In this document: one piece after another, positions 16,318 to 24,888 of the stretch | Numbering within the stretch: the stretch's first letter is position 1 | Layout: every line of letters starts with the position of its first letter | Virus record (IMG/VR): IMGVR_UViG_3300002131_000176 | Coordinates: 76,476 to 102,284 of that record | Length of the DNA stretch: 25,809 nt | DNA from: a virus | Strand: one strand, 5' to 3' | Notes under the pieces: model-generated | What the model was told of the DNA's origin: nothing | The model's input: the letters and a program-made list of their open reading frames with translations, nothing else | The model's database searches: none | Position numbers and translations under genes: made by a program

Positions 16318-17274
16318 ATGGCAAATATTTTAATAACCGGCTGTGCAGGCTTTATTGGATATCACACAGCAATAAAGCTCCACGGTGAAGGCCACCGCGT
16401 GACTGGCATTGATAATTTTAATAATTACTATGATGCTAATTTAAAGATTGCTCGCAGCTCTTTATTAGAAAAAAATGGTATCATGGTTATTAGAGGTGAT
16501 ATTACTAATACGGTTGATGTTGAATATGCAGTTACTTCAGCTGCACCTGATGTCGTGGTGCACTTGGCTGCGTATGCCGGTGTTCGACATTCGTTAAATA
16601 ATCCACAGCTGTATATCGATAATAATATTACTGCCACTAATAATTTAATTCAGATTTGTGAGCAACGTGGAGTGGATAGAGTAATTTATGCTTCCACCTC
16701 TGCTGTCATGGTAGGTAATGAACTGCCTTGGAATGAAACCGAAAAATTAGGTTATCAGCTAAATGCATACGCATACTCTAAGGCTGCTAATGAATCTCAG
16801 TTCATGTCAAGCAAATTGCCAGTTGCCATTGGCCTTCGATTCTTTACTGTCTACGGTCCATGGGGTCGCCCAGACATGGCGCTGTTTAGCTTTACTAAGT
16901 CAATCATAGATGGTACACCAATTAAATTATTTAATTATGGTGATATGATTCGTGACTTTACTTACATTGACGATATTATCCAAGGCATTAATATTGTTAT
17001 CAGTCACGCAAATAATACACCAGTCCCGCTAAAAACAGTGTATAATATAGGTTATGGCAAACAAGTTCAACTCATGGACTTTGTGAGTGAAATCGAAAAG
17101 AACGTTGGTAAGGAGGCAATTAAAGAATTGGTTGAAAAACACCCGGCTGATGCACAAACTACCTGGTCAGACACTACCAAACTTCAAGCGCTTGGTTATA
17201 AACCAACAACATCAGTAGAAGTTGGTGTTGCTAAATTTGTTGAGTGGTACAAAGAGTACTACAATATCGTATAA
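16318..17274 (+). CDS. NAD-dependent epimerase (UDP-glucuronate 4-epimerase/WcaG-like)
   Basis: TGCAGFIG, HLAAYAGVRHS, YAYSK, LRFFTVYGPWGRPDMA, RDFTYIDD. Confidence 0.92.
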   Translation: MANILITGCAGFIGYHTAIKLHGEGHRVTGIDNFNNYYDANLKIARSSLLEKNGIMVIRGDITNTVDVEYAVTSAAPDVVVHLAAYAGVRHSLNNPQLYIDNNITATNNLIQICEQRGVDRVIYASTSAVMVGNELPWNETEKLGYQLNAYAYSKAANESQFMSSKLPVAIGLRFFTVYGPWGRPDMALFSFTKSIIDGTPIKLFNYGDMIRDFTYIDDIIQGINIVISHANNTPVPLKTVYNIGYGKQVQLMDFVSEIEKNVGKEAIKELVEKHPADAQTTWSDTTKLQALGYKPTTSVEVGVAKFVEWYKEYYNIV

Positions 17275-17286
17275 GGAAATTATATT

Positions 17287-18324
17287 ATGTCCATTATGGA
17301 TAAACTAAAAAAGAACAGTAAGTTAGATCATACTGAAATTTTGTCGGAGTCTAAATTTTTTACTGAAAAAGATATGGTTGCGACTGACGTACCGATGATT
17401 AACGTTGCACTGTCTGGTAAAGTTGATGGTGGTTTGTCACCAGGCCTGACTGTATTGGCTGGTCCATCAAAGCATTTTAAAACATCATTTGCTCTTATTA
17501 TGGCTAGTGCATATCTGAAGGCATATCCAGATGCAGTTATGCTATTCTATGATTCAGAGTTTGGTTCACCTCAGTCTTATTTTGAGCAATTTGATATTGA
17601 CCCATCGCGTGTGTTGCACACACCAATCACTAACGTAGAAGAGCTTAAATTTGACTTAATCGGTCAACTCGAAGGATTAACACGTGGCGATAAGGTATGC
17701 GTTGTTATTGACTCTGTCGGTAACCTAGCATCAAAGAAAGAGTTAGATGATGCTATGAATGAAAAATCAGTAGCTGATATGTCTCGTGCCAAAGCTCTCA
17801 AAGGTCTCTTCCGTATGTGCACACCATACTTGAATATGAAAAATATTCCACTGATTGCTGTTAACCACACATATAAAGAAATCGGTCTGTTCCCTAAAGA
17901 TATTGTATCTGGCGGCACAGGCATTTATTATTCGGCCGATAACATCTGGATTCTTGGCCGTCAACAAGATAAAGTCGGCACTGAAATTCAAGGTTACCAC
18001 TTTATCATTAACGTAGAAAAATCACGATATGTCAGAGAAAAATCAAAAATTCCTATCTCAGTTTCTTGGGAAGGTGGTGTCCAGCGTTGGTCAGGTTTGT
18101 TGGACGTTGCTCTTGCTGGTGGATATGTTATTAAGCCTAGTAATGGATGGTATCAAAAAGTTGATAAGTCTAGTGGAGAAGTGCTGGAGGGTAAGTACCG
18201 AGAAAAAGAGACACTGAACGAAGAGTTCTGGAAACCAGTATTTGACACTACAGACTTTGCTGCACATTTAGCTAAGACTTACATGATTAGGAGAGAGGTA
18301 TATGCAGACGCCGACGGAGAATGA
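17287..18324 (+). CDS. uvsX: RecA-like recombinase UvsX
   Basis: AGPSKHFKT, FYDSEFG, IDSVGNLASKKE, GGTGIYYSAD, KSRYVREKSK. Confidence 0.97.
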   Translation: MSIMDKLKKNSKLDHTEILSESKFFTEKDMVATDVPMINVALSGKVDGGLSPGLTVLAGPSKHFKTSFALIMASAYLKAYPDAVMLFYDSEFGSPQSYFEQFDIDPSRVLHTPITNVEELKFDLIGQLEGLTRGDKVCVVIDSVGNLASKKELDDAMNEKSVADMSRAKALKGLFRMCTPYLNMKNIPLIAVNHTYKEIGLFPKDIVSGGTGIYYSADNIWILGRQQDKVGTEIQGYHFIINVEKSRYVREKSKIPISVSWEGGVQRWSGLLDVALAGGYVIKPSNGWYQKVDKSSGEVLEGKYREKETLNEEFWKPVFDTTDFAAHLAKTYMIRREVYADADGE

Positions 18325-18634
18325 ATTTAAAGAAAATGTTGATTATGTATTAGTGCCCTTGCAAGACAATGAAGATGCTTGGGGTGTTAGGTTTATGACC
18401 GGTGATTATGTTGAAACGGTGTTGCAGTATAATGCAATTGCGTTTAATGAAATACAAGATCATATGACATTTAATTTTAGAATTGTATCATCGCCTGATA
18501 ATGATCTAAGTGAAACAACAACTGGCCTTCAAGAACACGCGGCTTTAATACTAGAGGCCATTATTGAATTAGGCCTTACTGATGGTAGTGTAACGATGAA
18601 GGAAAGAGAGGCTGAGGTTGCAAGTAAATCTTGA
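18302..18634 (+). CDS. Hypothetical protein (occupies the T4 gp40 position)
   Basis: 110-aa acidic ORF overlapping both uvsX and gp41; function suggested by synteny only. Confidence 0.6.
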   Translation: MQTPTENEFKENVDYVLVPLQDNEDAWGVRFMTGDYVETVLQYNAIAFNEIQDHMTFNFRIVSSPDNDLSETTTGLQEHAALILEAIIELGLTDGSVTMKEREAEVASKS

Positions 18635-19991
18635 GCAAACAATTTTACGCAATATTCTTACTGATGAGAAATATATGCGTAAAGTGTTACCATTTATTAA
18701 ACCTGAGTACTTTGAGGGTATCTATCGAACTCTGTTTAAAGAGACTGGTAAGTTTGTTGCCAAATATAATAAATTGCCAACATCAACTAGTTTTAAAATT
18801 GAGTTAGATCAAACCGATAAGTTAACCAGTGAACAACATAATATGGCAATGGATGTGTTGCCCTATATTTTCTCTGACGAGCAAGTTGATGAGCAGTGGT
18901 TGTTGGATACTACTGAAAAGTGGTGCCAAGACCGAGCAGTGTATAATGCGATTATGGAATCCATTTCCATTATTGATGGCAAACATGAATCACTTACCAA
19001 GAACGCACTGCCTGATATTCTGACTAAAGCACTTGGTGTTGGTTTCGACACTAACGTTGGTCATGATTATATTGAAAACGTTGAACGACGATATGATTTC
19101 TATCATACTGAAGAGCAACGCGTACCATTTGACTTGGATTACTTTAATAAAATCACCAAGGGCGGTTTGCCAAATAAAACACTAAACATTGCACTTGCAG
19201 GAACTGGTGTGGGTAAATCATTATTCATGTGTCATATGGCGGCATCAGCCTTGACTCAGAACTTAAATGTGCTTTATATCACATTAGAGATGTCTGAGGA
19301 GCGTATTGCTGAACGTATCGATGCTAACTTGTTGAATGTACCTATTGACCAGATTGATAAAATGTCTAAGGATATGTTTACCACTAAGGTATCAAACATA
19401 TCTAAACAGACTACAGGCAAGTTGATTATTAAGGAATACCCTACGGGTTCTGCACACACTGGCCATTACCGTGGCTTGTTGAATGAACTCAAACTTAAGA
19501 AACAATTCACACCTCAGATCATTTTTATTGATTACTTGAATATTTGCTCCTCATCACGAATGAAAGGAATGGGCGGTGCCATTAACTCCTATAACTACAT
19601 TAAGGCCATTGCCGAAGAAATACGTGGCCTTGCTGTCGAATTTGACGTACCAATCGTATCTGCAACTCAGACAACAAGAAGCGGATATGGAAACTCAGAC
19701 GTCGGACTTGAGGACACCTCCGAGTCTTTTGGACTCCCAGCAACAGCCGATTTTATGTTCGCCCTTATCTCAACAGAAGAGTTAGAGCAACAAGGTCAGA
19801 TGATGGTCAAGCAATTAAAGAATAGATACAATGATCCAACATATCATAAAAGATTCGTTATCGGTGTTGACCGTTCAAAAATGCGCCTTTATGATGTAGA
19901 GGAAACTCAACAAACATTGACCGATGATACCCCAATGTATGATAAGTCACAAGCAGTGAAACGACAGAAGTTTGAAGGATTTAAATTATGA
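18618..19991 (+). CDS. 41: Replicative helicase gp41 (DnaB-like)
   Basis: AGTGVGKS, LEMSEE, IKEYPT, IDYLNI, SATQTTR, SESFGLPATAD, KQLKNRY; TTG start. Confidence 0.97.
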   Translation: MQVNLEQTILRNILTDEKYMRKVLPFIKPEYFEGIYRTLFKETGKFVAKYNKLPTSTSFKIELDQTDKLTSEQHNMAMDVLPYIFSDEQVDEQWLLDTTEKWCQDRAVYNAIMESISIIDGKHESLTKNALPDILTKALGVGFDTNVGHDYIENVERRYDFYHTEEQRVPFDLDYFNKITKGGLPNKTLNIALAGTGVGKSLFMCHMAASALTQNLNVLYITLEMSEERIAERIDANLLNVPIDQIDKMSKDMFTTKVSNISKQTTGKLIIKEYPTGSAHTGHYRGLLNELKLKKQFTPQIIFIDYLNICSSSRMKGMGGAINSYNYIKAIAEEIRGLAVEFDVPIVSATQTTRSGYGNSDVGLEDTSESFGLPATADFMFALISTEELEQQGQMMVKQLKNRYNDPTYHKRFVIGVDRSKMRLYDVEETQQTLTDDTPMYDKSQAVKRQKFEGFKL

Positions 19992-20170
19992 GTGATTTTG
20001 AAACACATGAAAGAGGCACAGCCAAGGAACTTAGATTATCCAGAGCATTGGCCAATGTAGTTAATGACCACTTTAATAAGATGCCAAACGATATTAAAGA
20101 TGCGTATATGGAACTACTAGTACATTATAACTATAATGTCATGGGTGAAAATTTTGAATGGAATGAATAA
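19988..20170 (+). CDS. Small hypothetical protein
   Basis: ATGA overlap with the gp41 stop. Confidence 0.6.
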   Translation: MSDFETHERGTAKELRLSRALANVVNDHFNKMPNDIKDAYMELLVHYNYNVMGENFEWNE

Positions 20171-20328
20171 TGATTGATGTAATTGATTATAACGAAGATT
20201 CAGATGAAGGTCCTGCAACGATGCGGGTATTGCTTGATGCTAAGGCCAAAAAGAATCTAATTGAACTTGGGTTTATTGCATCACTTAAAAGATCCATAGA
20301 AGAATATGAAGAAAGTCTAAAGAAATGA
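20170..20328 (+). CDS. Small hypothetical protein (52 aa, not in ORF track)
   Basis: MIDVIDYNEDSDEGPATMRVLLDAKAKKNLIELGFIASLKRSIEEYEESLKK; coupled at both ends (TAATG, ATGA). Confidence 0.7.
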   Translation: MIDVIDYNEDSDEGPATMRVLLDAKAKKNLIELGFIASLKRSIEEYEESLKK

Positions 20329-21014
20329 AAGCAACATTAATAAGTTTTTCCAAACCTACGAGGCAATTATATGATCAAGGGTTATATGACGCGCAGGACC
20401 TTATTGCATACTGCGCCAGAGTTAGCAATCCAGCCAACCAGTTTAATACAGCGACTGCTGAAAAACTGCTCGGATATCTGGCCAAGCACAAACACTGGTC
20501 CCCATTTGAAATGGTCTCAGCCTGTATCGAAGTTGAAACAACCAGAGACATCGGCCGTCAGTTACTACGACACCGCTCGTTCTCCTTTCAAGAGTTCTCA
20601 CAAAGGTACGCAGATCCAACTAAAGATTTGGAAATGGTACTTCGCGAACCACGCCTTCAGGACGAGAAAAATAGACAGAATAGTGTAGAGCTTGATATGA
20701 CCACTGATGATGGTCGGCGACTTGCTTGGATGTGGGAAGCACAACAGATTAAGGTCCGTGATGCTGCTCGTGAAGCATACAGTTGGGCTATTGATAATGG
20801 TATTGCCAAAGAACAGGCCAGAGCCGTACTACCAGAAGGTCTCATGATGTCCAGGCTACAGGTCAATGGTACCATTAGGTCATGGATCCACTACATCGAA
20901 CTACGGTCAGGCAATGGTACCCAAAAGGAACACATCCAGATCGCTCAGGCGTGCGCTCAAGCGATTACTCAAGCCTTCCCTATGATATCATCATATGTAG
21001 AAAGTAGTACTTAA
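20325..21014 (+). CDS. thyX: Flavin-dependent thymidylate synthase ThyX
   Basis: HWSPFE, RQLLRHRSFSFQEFSQRY, EQARAVLP, LR...TQKEH. Confidence 0.97.
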   Translation: MKATLISFSKPTRQLYDQGLYDAQDLIAYCARVSNPANQFNTATAEKLLGYLAKHKHWSPFEMVSACIEVETTRDIGRQLLRHRSFSFQEFSQRYADPTKDLEMVLREPRLQDEKNRQNSVELDMTTDDGRRLAWMWEAQQIKVRDAAREAYSWAIDNGIAKEQARAVLPEGLMMSRLQVNGTIRSWIHYIELRSGNGTQKEHIQIAQACAQAITQAFPMISSYVESST

Positions 21015-21017
21015 GTA

Positions 21018-21025
21018 TATAAATA
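21018..21025 (+). promoter_or_regulatory. Possible late promoter
   Basis: Intergenic TATAAATA. Confidence 0.45.
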
Positions 21026-21049
21026 CGCATCGGCACTAAAAAATAGAAA

Positions 21050-21096
21050 AAAGTATTACAAAAATAGTGTACAAACTCAGGGTTTCTTGATATAAT
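21050..21096 (+). promoter_or_regulatory. Early promoter with duplicated upstream box (copy 1)
   Basis: AAAGTATTACAAAAATAG-TGTACA-17-TATAAT. Confidence 0.8.
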
Positions 21097-21123
21097 AAAC
21101 TCATACAAATAAAGGAAACCAAA

Positions 21124-21216
21124 ATGACTAAGTTCTTTCTCGACCTCTTCGGTGCCGCTGTTATCGCAACCATCCTGTTCTTCCCATTCGGTCTGTATTT
21201 TGCATTCTTTATGTAA
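21124..21216 (+). CDS. 30-aa hydrophobic membrane peptide (paralog 1)
   Basis: MTKFFLDLFGAAVIATILFFPFGLYFAFFM; AAGGA RBS; directly after a promoter. Confidence 0.75.
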   Translation: MTKFFLDLFGAAVIATILFFPFGLYFAFFM

Positions 21217-21233
21217 ATTTGAATCTAAAGTAG

Positions 21234-21443
21234 ATGGATGGTGGGAATAGAAGTATGAACAACGATGAAAGCAACTTACCCATAAGTGAGCAGAGTTTGG
21301 TGTATCGTTTGAGAAAACGAGCAGAAATTCGTCGACAGATTCCTAGTCGTAAAAGTGTAGAAGAAGGCAAGTCGGATCGTATTGCAGATCTTTTGGAAGA
21401 AGCTGCTGATGAAATCGATCGATTATGGCATATAAGTACTTAA
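21234..21443 (+). CDS. Small hypothetical protein
   Basis: SLVYRLRKRAEIRRQI..RKSV.EG..DRIADLLEEAA; start may be the second Met. Confidence 0.7.
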   Translation: MDGGNRSMNNDESNLPISEQSLVYRLRKRAEIRRQIPSRKSVEEGKSDRIADLLEEAADEIDRLWHIST

Positions 21444-21472
21444 TAAACCATATAGATTATCAAGGAAGCTAA

Positions 21473-22096
21473 ATGCTAGAAACAATATGTGAAGTAATGG
21501 TCGACGCGTATAAGCGCAATTGGATCACCAGCCGTGATGGTAATGTAAGTATCCGTCACCATGATCGCGATCATTTTTATATCACGCCGAGCGGTGTTCG
21601 TAAACAGACACTACAGCCAGATCAATTTAAAAAGATTAAGATTGTAAACAGTTTTGAATACCGTCAGTTAGAGTACACAGACATCAGCGCCAAACTAACA
21701 CCTAGTGGAGAGATTCCTCTACACTTTGGTTTACAAAGAGCAATGGGACAACATGCTGGAGATGTCCGTGTTGTAGTCCATGTGCATCCCACATATTGTA
21801 TTGCTGCTATGCATGCTGGTATTGATCTAAGCACAATCAGTGATGCCTTTCCAGAACTGAATCGGTATACTCGAGTTGCTCCTAATGTTGGAGATGTACC
21901 TCCTATCAGTCAAGAACTTGCTGATCAGTGTCATGAAAATCTGCAACTAGACAAAAATGGTAATATTGCTTATGACATTGTGGGTATTAAAGGTCATGGA
22001 GTTGTTGCTATTGATACATCGCCGTGGCGTGCATACGAACATATCGAACGCTTAGAACATATTTGTAAGATTGTGCTTGCAAGCGGAAAATATTAA
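21473..22096 (+). CDS. Class II aldolase/adducin family protein
   Basis: DGNVS, ITPSG, PSGEIPLH, VVHVHP, GHGVV metal ligands. Confidence 0.92.
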   Translation: MLETICEVMVDAYKRNWITSRDGNVSIRHHDRDHFYITPSGVRKQTLQPDQFKKIKIVNSFEYRQLEYTDISAKLTPSGEIPLHFGLQRAMGQHAGDVRVVVHVHPTYCIAAMHAGIDLSTISDAFPELNRYTRVAPNVGDVPPISQELADQCHENLQLDKNGNIAYDIVGIKGHGVVAIDTSPWRAYEHIERLEHICKIVLASGKY

Positions 22097-22101
22097 AAAT
22101 A

Positions 22102-23286
22102 ATGACTAAAAAAACAGTTGCGGTAGTAGGTGCAGGGATATCTGGTGTATGCGCAGCGTATTACCTTGCTCGAGCAGGATATGCGGTAACAGTGTATGAC
22201 GCAGAGCGCTATCCCGCCATGCGAACTAGTTTTGCCAATGGCGGACAAGTGAGTGTCAGTAACAGCGAGGTGTGGAATACCTGGAGTAATGTATTTAAGG
22301 GTATTAAGTGGATGTTTCGCAAGGATGCTCCTTTGCTTATCAAACCCAGTTTTGAATGGGCTCGTATCAAGTGGATAAGCAAGTTTTTGTGGACAACTAT
22401 GCGAGGTCGTGCAGATGCAAACACTGCGGAGACTATTCGCATGGGACTAGAAGCCCGAGCATTGTACAAAGACATCATTGCAGAAGAGAGTCTAGAGTTC
22501 GATCAATCAAACAGTGGCATCCTACACTTCTATAAGAATCCAGAATATCTACAAAACGCACACAATGTAAAAGAATTGTATAACGCAAATGGGTGTTCTT
22601 GGGATATGCTAGGCGAAATGCAAACCAAATCAATGGATCCTGCACTAACACAAATTAGTGGCATTGTAGGTGGTGCATGGACTGGTGAAGACTGGACTGG
22701 TGACATACACAAGTTCTGTACTGAATTATGTAAGGTGTTAGAGTCAAAGTATGGCGTGGAATTTAAGTTTGGAATGGAAGTAAATGGTAAGCTATTAGGA
22801 TATGATGCTGTAGTTATTGCTAACGGCGTAGGTAGTACGCGATTAGCAAATACTATTGGTGATACTTTAGATGTTTATCCAGTTAAGGGATATAGTATTA
22901 CTATCAACGTCAGTGATGATAATATGAAGTATGTACCAAAGGTTAGTCTATTAGATGACGAGGCAAAGATTGTTACCAGCACACTAGGAAACCGATTCCG
23001 TGTTGCAGGTACAGCCGAACTTGCCGGAGAAGACTACGATATCAGACGTGATCGCATTGAACCCTTGTTGAATTGGGTACACACTAACTTTCCCAATATA
23101 AATACCAGTGACTACACACAATGGGCATGTTTGCGTCCTATGGCACCAGACATGATGCCTATTGTCAAACAAAGTAAGGTTGATAGCAGAGTATTTTACC
23201 ATACTGGACACGGACACTTGGGTTGGACACTAAGCCCGGCAACTGCTAAAAAATTAACAAATGCGGTGTTAAATGCGCATTTTTAG
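22102..23286 (+). CDS. dadA: FAD-dependent D-amino acid dehydrogenase (DadA-like)
   Basis: GAGISG, TSFANGGQ, YPVKGYSIT, RVAGTAE, WACLRP, GHGHLGWTLS. Confidence 0.88.
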   Translation: MTKKTVAVVGAGISGVCAAYYLARAGYAVTVYDAERYPAMRTSFANGGQVSVSNSEVWNTWSNVFKGIKWMFRKDAPLLIKPSFEWARIKWISKFLWTTMRGRADANTAETIRMGLEARALYKDIIAEESLEFDQSNSGILHFYKNPEYLQNAHNVKELYNANGCSWDMLGEMQTKSMDPALTQISGIVGGAWTGEDWTGDIHKFCTELCKVLESKYGVEFKFGMEVNGKLLGYDAVVIANGVGSTRLANTIGDTLDVYPVKGYSITINVSDDNMKYVPKVSLLDDEAKIVTSTLGNRFRVAGTAELAGEDYDIRRDRIEPLLNWVHTNFPNINTSDYTQWACLRPMAPDMMPIVKQSKVDSRVFYHTGHGHLGWTLSPATAKKLTNAVLNAHF

Positions 23287-23289
23287 ACG

Positions 23290-23336
23290 AAAGTATTACA
23301 AAATACTGTGTACATTTCTACCGGTTATGGTATAAT
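23290..23336 (+). promoter_or_regulatory. Early promoter with duplicated upstream box (copy 2)
   Basis: AAAGTATTACAAAATACTG-TGTACA-16-TATAAT with TGG. Confidence 0.75.
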
Positions 23337-23367
23337 GGTACCATGCCAACCAAACGGGAATACTAAA

Positions 23368-23457
23368 ATGAAATCAGTACTCAAAGACGTCTATGCAGCA
23401 GCTGTATGTGCTTTAATTATTACTTCGCCACTGGCTATGCTTTTCTTTATTAGTTAA
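23368..23457 (+). CDS. 29-aa hydrophobic membrane peptide (paralog 2)
   Basis: MKSVLKDVYAAAVCALIITSPLAMLFFIS; aligns without gaps to 21124-21216. Confidence 0.7.
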   Translation: MKSVLKDVYAAAVCALIITSPLAMLFFIS

Positions 23458-23466
23458 GGTGATTAT

Positions 23467-24207
23467 ATGTCTAGTGATATTTTAGATATTTTATACACGC
23501 CTATCGATACTCCTCCTGTTCCTGATTATAATAGGCTCGAGCTAGATAAATGGTGCGCTAAAAATGCACCTAATCAGCACGTTGTAAATAGGCGAGATGG
23601 TTCGAAAGAAGCGCGTATTCAAGATACTGGAATGCATTTTTCCAAGGTATATCCGTGGGACATAGTTTATGCAAGAAACAACTATGCGTGGCTTGACGAT
23701 TTCGATATTAAGTTTTCACAATTATCAACTTACTTTTGTTCAATTTTTTCATTGGAACCAGAAGTCATTTCTTCTATAGTATTCCTTCCTGTAAAAACAA
23801 ATTATACAGGAACAACGTATTGGCATGCAGATCCTGATGAAATTGGTTTAAGACTGTATATTGAAAATAATGAAACTGATGGGGACTTTTTATTAATAAA
23901 ACCAACAGTAGAAAAATATCAGTCACGGTCAGAATGGGGATTCATTCCTCCAGTAGATGGCATTTCACCTAAGATACAAAATGTGATGCACTCAGCAAAA
24001 GTAACAAAACCGCAACAAGCTTTTTATATTAATAATGTGAGAGCTGTACACGCAGTAAATGTTAACGTTCCTAATCTTCGTAGGTTGGCTGTCTTAGTTC
24101 TTACAAAAAGAACCGCGGCAACTACTACAGAAGAAACAAAAAAGCTGATATTAAGTTCAGCTGAAAAATATCCAGATCATGCAATTAAATGGTCGCAACA
24201 GAGGTGA
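23467..24207 (+). CDS. Putative 2OG-Fe(II) oxygenase/cupin-like protein
   Basis: WHAD (HxD)...AVHAVN...RRLAVLV; N-terminal YTPIDTP resembles STPLDLP of 15036. Confidence 0.5.
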   Translation: MSSDILDILYTPIDTPPVPDYNRLELDKWCAKNAPNQHVVNRRDGSKEARIQDTGMHFSKVYPWDIVYARNNYAWLDDFDIKFSQLSTYFCSIFSLEPEVISSIVFLPVKTNYTGTTYWHADPDEIGLRLYIENNETDGDFLLIKPTVEKYQSRSEWGFIPPVDGISPKIQNVMHSAKVTKPQQAFYINNVRAVHAVNVNVPNLRRLAVLVLTKRTAATTTEETKKLILSSAEKYPDHAIKWSQQR

Positions 24208-24211
24208 TACC

Positions 24212-24439
24212 ATGAGCTTAGAAAAATATATAGAATCAGTTGAGATATCCCCAGAAGGTTATCCTATTACTAAATATCGATATGTTGAACCCAAAGAACG
24301 TACGTTCCTTGGTATTGTCGGTGGTAAGTACACAATTGCTAATTTAGGGTACCAGCGCGCGAATGCCACTGGAGTATCTGTCGATCACATTGGTGACACT
24401 CCACGTAAAAGAAGTGTGTACAAACCAAAAGAAACATAG
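24212..24439 (+). CDS. Small hypothetical protein
   Basis: ATG 24212 after GAGGTG. Confidence 0.65.
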   Translation: MSLEKYIESVEISPEGYPITKYRYVEPKERTFLGIVGGKYTIANLGYQRANATGVSVDHIGDTPRKRSVYKPKET

Positions 24440-24445
24440 TATAAT
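24417..24445 (+). promoter_or_regulatory. Early-type promoter
   Basis: GTGTACA-17-TATAAT. Confidence 0.75.
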
Positions 24446-24456
24446 AGTAGTTACAC

Positions 24457-24501
24457 GCAAGAAAGGATTCGTCCCACCCTTTCTTGTATTTGAAACGGGG
24501 C
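24457..24501 (+). promoter_or_regulatory. 5' leader hairpin / possible pseudoknot
   Basis: GCAAGAAAGG(24457-66)/CCTTTCTTGT(24478-87); loop GTCCC(24471-75)/GGGGC(24497-501). Confidence 0.5.
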
Positions 24502-24521
24502 AATTGTATAATGGAGATATT

Positions 24522-24767
24522 ATGTCTAAAATCGCTAAACTCGAATCTTACCTGCAAACTGGTGCAGCTGTAACCGCTAAGCAAATCAAGTCAATGTTTA
24601 AATTGGCTAGCCCGACTGCCGCTGTAAGCGAGTTGCGCCGTAAAGGTGTTTGTATTTACTCTAATGAAGCAACACTGTATACTGGTGCCAAAACTACCAA
24701 GTACCGTGTCGGCCGTCCTTCAAAGGCTATGGTCGCCGCTGCTTTCCAGGCCGGTTTTACTGCCTAA
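24522..24767 (+). CDS. Small basic winged-HTH-like DNA-binding protein
   Basis: ATG 24522 after GGAG; VTAKQIKSMF...PTAAVSELRRKG..IYSN...KYRVG.PS. Confidence 0.75.
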   Translation: MSKIAKLESYLQTGAAVTAKQIKSMFKLASPTAAVSELRRKGVCIYSNEATLYTGAKTTKYRVGRPSKAMVAAAFQAGFTA

Positions 24768-24878
24768 TAGTAAAGAGAGGGACTACAGTTCAATGACACA
24801 AGTTGCCGGACTACATCCTAATAAAGATGAAGGATTATTTGAAAAAATTGCATCTGATTCGGTCCCCTTTTTTACTAT
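24767..24878 (+). other. Long-range 17-bp stem enclosing 78 nt (terminator-like or ncRNA)
   Basis: ATAGTAAAGAGAGGGAC(24767-83)/GTCCCCTTTTTTACTAT(24862-78), 16 of 17 paired including GU. Confidence 0.55.
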
Positions 24879-24888
24879 GCCTAAAGCT

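Noticed and set aside
18302-18634. Naming this ORF gp40
   Set aside because: Only synteny supports it; no sequence motif I can verify
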